Origin: Bacillota bacterium
GTDB lineage: Bacteria > Bacillota > Clostridia > Peptostreptococcales > Thermotaleaceae
Direction of reading: 5' to 3'
DNA: 24,000 bases
Assembly: GCA_049324315.1 (NCBI GenBank)
Contig: JBMOKU010000015.1
Location: forward strand, 11,964 to 35,963
Below are positions 20,984-24,000 of the stretch, piece after piece. The position numbers and the translations under genes were made by a program. How positions within the stretch are numbered: position 1 is the stretch's first letter; each line of letters opens with the position of its first letter. Below the pieces are notes generated by a model. It was not told the DNA's origin. It worked only from the letters and a program-made list of their open reading frames with translations, and made no database searches.

Positions 20984-22867
20984 ATGAAGGCAGTGGGCGG
21001 TTTACTTTCAAAGATTGATTCACCTGTTGACATAAAGAAACTAAATGATTTTGAGTTACACGAACTGGCTGGAGAGATAAGAAAATTTTTAGTGGAAAGT
21101 GTTTCAAAAACAGGTGGTCATCTTGCATCAAATTTAGGGGTTGTTGAGCTTACATTAGCTATACACAGTGTTTTTAACAGCCCTGATGATAAGATCATAT
21201 GGGATGTTGGACATCAATCATATGTTCATAAGCTGCTAACAGGACGTAAGCATTTATTTAATACATTGAGAAAATTCAAAGGTCTAAGTGGGTTTCCAAA
21301 GCGAAACGAAAGTGTTCATGATGCCTTTGAAACCGGTCACAGTAGTACTTCTATTTCTGCCGCTTTGGGAATGGCTATGGCAAGAGATATAAAAAAAGAA
21401 AAAAACGCGGTTATAGCAGTCATTGGTGATGGCGCATTAACAGGTGGCATGGCATTTGAAGCATTAAATCATGCAGGTCATACAAAAACAGACTTCATCG
21501 TCATACTCAATGATAACGAGATGTCTATTGCTCAAAATGTTGGTGGGCTATCAAAATATTTGAACAGACTTAGATCTGATCCTGCTTATTTTAAAGTAAA
21601 AGACGATGTTGAAAACATATTAAATAAAATTCCTGCTGTTGGAAAAGCTGTATTTAAGACGGCAGAAAAAGCAAAGGACAGCTTAAAGTACTTTCTTGTT
21701 CCAGGAATTATTTTTGAAGAACTTGGATGTACCTATCTTGGACCTGTTAATGGTCATGATATAAAAGAGTTAAAAATTGTTCTTGAACGGGCAAAAAAAG
21801 TTCGTGGGCCTGTGTTTATACACGTCATAACAAAAAAAGGTAAAGGCTATGTATTTGCAGAGAAAAATCCTGACAAATTCCATGGTGTAGGTTCCTTTAC
21901 AATTGAGTCAGGAAAGCTTCTCTCTTCAAAAAGTAAAACCCCTTCTTATTCTGCAATTTTTGGAAATACAATTGTAGAATTAGCGAATAAAGACCGTAAT
22001 ATCGTGGCCATTACTGCGGCTATGCCTTCTGGGACAGGTCTACAGGAATTTTCGGCAACCCATCCGGACCGTTTTTTTGACGTTGGCATTGCAGAGCAGC
22101 ATGCCGTTACATTTGCAGCAGGATTAGCTGCTAATGGTCTAAAGCCTGTTTTTACAGTTTACTCAACCTTTTTACAGCGGGCTTATGACCAGATTATCCA
22201 TGATGTATGTATCCAAAATTTGCCTGTGGTTTTCTGTATAGATCGTGGTGGATTGGTAGGGAACGATGGAGAAACTCATCATGGTGTATTTGACCTGTCA
22301 TATTTAACGCATATCCCAAACATGACAGTTATGGCTCCTAAAGATGGGAAGGAGCTAGAATGCATGTTAAGTTATGCAGTAACACACAAAGGTCCCATAG
22401 CCATCAGATACCCGAGAGGTGAAAGCGATGATTTTACCGCTATAAGTAAGAACTATTCTGTTGATGATATGAAAGCTGAAGTATTGATGAAGGGTTCAGA
22501 TGTTTGTATTTTCGCTGTTGGAAATATGGTAAGAAATGCCTATGATGCAGCAGTTCAAGCTATTGCCAGAGGAGTCAGCTGTACGGTAGTTAACATTCGG
22601 GTTGTAAAACCCCTGGATGAAGAAACTATTTTGAATGAGGCTTTAGAAGCTAAACATATTATCACCATCGAAGATAATGTTATCAGTGGTGGTTTTGGTG
22701 AAAAAGTATTGGAATTACTTAATCGTAAAAAAATGACTACAAAAAATATCAGAATACTTGGTCTGCCTGATAAGTTTATTGAGCACGGCGACACGGAAGA
22801 GCTTATAAAACAGCATGGTTTAGATCAAGAAACCATACTGCAGCTTATTATGCAAATGTGTAAATAG
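20984..22867 (+). CDS. dxs: 1-deoxy-D-xylulose-5-phosphate synthase
   Basis: LLSKIDSPVDIKKL..., GGHLASNLGVVELTLALH-type motif, IWDVGHQSYVHKLLTGR, GHSSTSISAALGMA, the TPP motif IGDGALTGGMAFEALN...LNDNEMSI, and AEQHAVTFAAGLA. Length 627 aa. Confidence 0.97.
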   Translation: MKAVGGLLSKIDSPVDIKKLNDFELHELAGEIRKFLVESVSKTGGHLASNLGVVELTLAIHSVFNSPDDKIIWDVGHQSYVHKLLTGRKHLFNTLRKFKGLSGFPKRNESVHDAFETGHSSTSISAALGMAMARDIKKEKNAVIAVIGDGALTGGMAFEALNHAGHTKTDFIVILNDNEMSIAQNVGGLSKYLNRLRSDPAYFKVKDDVENILNKIPAVGKAVFKTAEKAKDSLKYFLVPGIIFEELGCTYLGPVNGHDIKELKIVLERAKKVRGPVFIHVITKKGKGYVFAEKNPDKFHGVGSFTIESGKLLSSKSKTPSYSAIFGNTIVELANKDRNIVAITAAMPSGTGLQEFSATHPDRFFDVGIAEQHAVTFAAGLAANGLKPVFTVYSTFLQRAYDQIIHDVCIQNLPVVFCIDRGGLVGNDGETHHGVFDLSYLTHIPNMTVMAPKDGKELECMLSYAVTHKGPIAIRYPRGESDDFTAISKNYSVDDMKAEVLMKGSDVCIFAVGNMVRNAYDAAVQAIARGVSCTVVNIRVVKPLDEETILNEALEAKHIITIEDNVISGGFGEKVLELLNRKKMTTKNIRILGLPDKFIEHGDTEELIKQHGLDQETILQLIMQMCK

Positions 22868-22878
22868 GGGCGAAATTT

Positions 22879-23703
22879 ATGGGAGAAAAAATACGATTAG
22901 ATATGCTTTTAGTTGAAGATGGGAACTTTGAAACCCGCGAAAAAGCAAGAAAATCCATTATGGCAGGCATTGTTTTTGTAAATAATCAGCGCATAGATAA
23001 ACCTGGAACAAAGGTAGACAGGGATTCTCAGATTGAGATTAAGGGAAATGTTATGCCCTATGTCAGTAGGGGCGGTTTTAAGCTGGAAAAGGCTATCAAT
23101 GAATTTCACATAGATCTTAATAGTAAAGTTGCATTAGATATTGGCTCCTCTACTGGCGGATTTACAGACTGTATGCTTCAGAATGGTGCACAGAAAGTTT
23201 ATGCTATAGACGTTGGCTATGGTCAGCTTGCTTGGACTTTAAGGAATGACCCGAGAGTTGTGTCCATGGAAAGAACGAACATTCGGTACGTGGAAAAGGA
23301 TGCTTTTTCTGAAGAGATTGACTTTGCATCCATTGATGTATCTTTTATTTCACTTCGGCTTGTTTTGCCTGTTGTAAAAGAATTACTCAAACCAAAGGGA
23401 GAAATTGTTTGTTTGATAAAACCACAGTTTGAGGCTGGTCGAGAAAAAGTCGGGAAAAAGGGAGTCGTCAAAGATGTTCAGGTTCATAAAGAGGTTATCT
23501 TAAAGATACTATCATTTGCCTTAGAAAACGATTTGTGTATTGTCGGTCTTTCCTTTTCACCGATAAAAGGACCCGAAGGAAACATTGAATATCTTGCATA
23601 TTTCATAAACGAAACAGGTTCTCCCATGTTTGATCTTGAAAGTACAGTAAACAATGTGGTACTTGCATCCCACAATATTTTAGACGTTGGAGGTAACCTG
23701 TAA
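22879..23703 (+). CDS. tlyA: TlyA family rRNA (cytidine-2'-O)-methyltransferase (B. subtilis YqxC-like)
   Basis: N-terminal S4 domain RLDMLLVEDGNFETREKARKSIMAGIVFVNNQRIDKPGTKV. FtsJ-type SAM fold VSRGGFKLEKAI...ALDIGSSTGGFTDCMLQNGAQKVYAIDVG. Its position after dxs and before argR is conserved. Confidence 0.9.
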   Translation: MGEKIRLDMLLVEDGNFETREKARKSIMAGIVFVNNQRIDKPGTKVDRDSQIEIKGNVMPYVSRGGFKLEKAINEFHIDLNSKVALDIGSSTGGFTDCMLQNGAQKVYAIDVGYGQLAWTLRNDPRVVSMERTNIRYVEKDAFSEEIDFASIDVSFISLRLVLPVVKELLKPKGEIVCLIKPQFEAGREKVGKKGVVKDVQVHKEVILKILSFALENDLCIVGLSFSPIKGPEGNIEYLAYFINETGSPMFDLESTVNNVVLASHNILDVGGNL

Positions 23704-23732
23704 GGTTACTTCTGCTTTCTAATTTTTCTTTA
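23693..23732 (+). terminator. Weak candidate terminator overlapping the tlyA stop
   Basis: 7-bp stem GTAACCT (23693-23699) / AGGTTAC (23703-23709) with a 3-nt loop. Followed by the T-rich TTCTGCTTTCTAATTTTTCTTT. The stem is short. Confidence 0.3.
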
Positions 23733-23862
23733 AAAACGAAAAATAGTTAAAGGATAAAATAGAAGGATGTAGAATATTGTAGTATATTCATAAATTGTAT
23801 AAATATTTTGTAAAATATATTTTTTTCACAAACGAATAATCGAAAGAAAATGGGAGGTATTT

Positions 23863-24000
23863 ATGAAGTATTCCAGGCATAGTAGGATTTTAGAAATAAT
23901 TGAAAACCATGAGATTGAAACCCAGGAAGAATTAGCAGAACACTTGAAAAAGAGCGGTATTAATGTTACGCAGGCAACTGTATCAAGGGATATTAAAGAA
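23863..24000 (+). CDS. argR: Arginine repressor ArgR/AhrC, N-terminal 46 codons (truncated by the right window edge)
   Basis: [46 protein letters not shown] is the canonical ArgR winged-helix N-terminus. ATG 23863 follows GGGAGG (23852-23857). This ORF is not in the supplied track because it lacks a stop inside the window. Confidence 0.9.
   Translation, partial: MKYSRHSRILEIIENHEIETQEELAEHLKKSGINVTQATVSRDIKE

Noticed and set aside
131-23675. All other minus-strand ORFs in the track (60-141 aa, for example 12998-13423, 16229-16570, 20525-20833, 13437-13823) and the internal plus-strand alternative-frame ORFs (12410-12607, 20570-20776)
   Set aside because: Each is fully embedded in a well-supported + strand gene. 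Their compositions are typical of antisense or shifted frames of AT-rich or membrane-protein genes. None has an SD or family motifs.
23766-23822. AT-rich region upstream of argR with repeated TTGTA motifs (23777, 23795, 23808) and a TATTCATA half-site, considered as ARG boxes for autoregulation
   Set aside because: Only the right half (ATTCA) matches the TNTGAATWWWWATTCANW-type consensus. The left halves are poor, and the spacing is off by 1 nt in the best alignment. It cannot be distinguished from generic AT-rich promoter DNA.

Overview
AT-rich Firmicutes chromosome segment, Clostridia-like endospore former (species not identifiable from sequence alone). All credible genes are on the + strand. 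No rRNA, tRNA, CRISPR array, transposase or integrase was seen. Positions ~7.3-24 kb form a conserved housekeeping and sporulation block: M24 Xaa-Pro aminopeptidase, efp, an acidic Cys-rich zinc-ribbon protein, the complete spoIIIAA-AH operon, asp23/amaP-like/small membrane protein, nusB, a divergent TsaD/Kae1 paralog, xseA, xseB, ispA, a divergent PAP2 (DUF212) protein, dxs, tlyA-family methyltransferase and the 5' end of argR. From memory, this order parallels the B. subtilis yqhT-efp-spoIIIA-yqhY-nusB-xseAB-ispA-dxs-yqxC-ahrC region. The left ~7 kb is the accessory and most interesting part. It holds the 3' end of an ORF that runs off the window, two overlapping minor-pilin/pseudopilin genes with G|FTL(I/V)E prepilin motifs, and a 1,656-aa Sec-signal protein. 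That protein has a complete-MIDAS vWA domain, a duplicated ThuA/GATase1-like plus Ig-like supermodule, two Big_2 domains and no recognisable wall anchor. A strong terminator follows, then an orphan ComFB-family gene with its own promoter. I read this as a candidate PilY1-like tip-adhesin module of a Gram-positive type IV pilus or pseudopilus; that reading is an inference. Several ORF-track starts are over-extended and were corrected using Shine-Dalgarno (SD) position and family N-termini. Two structured, relatively GC-rich intergenic elements (8364-8446 and 17998-18074) are unexplained.
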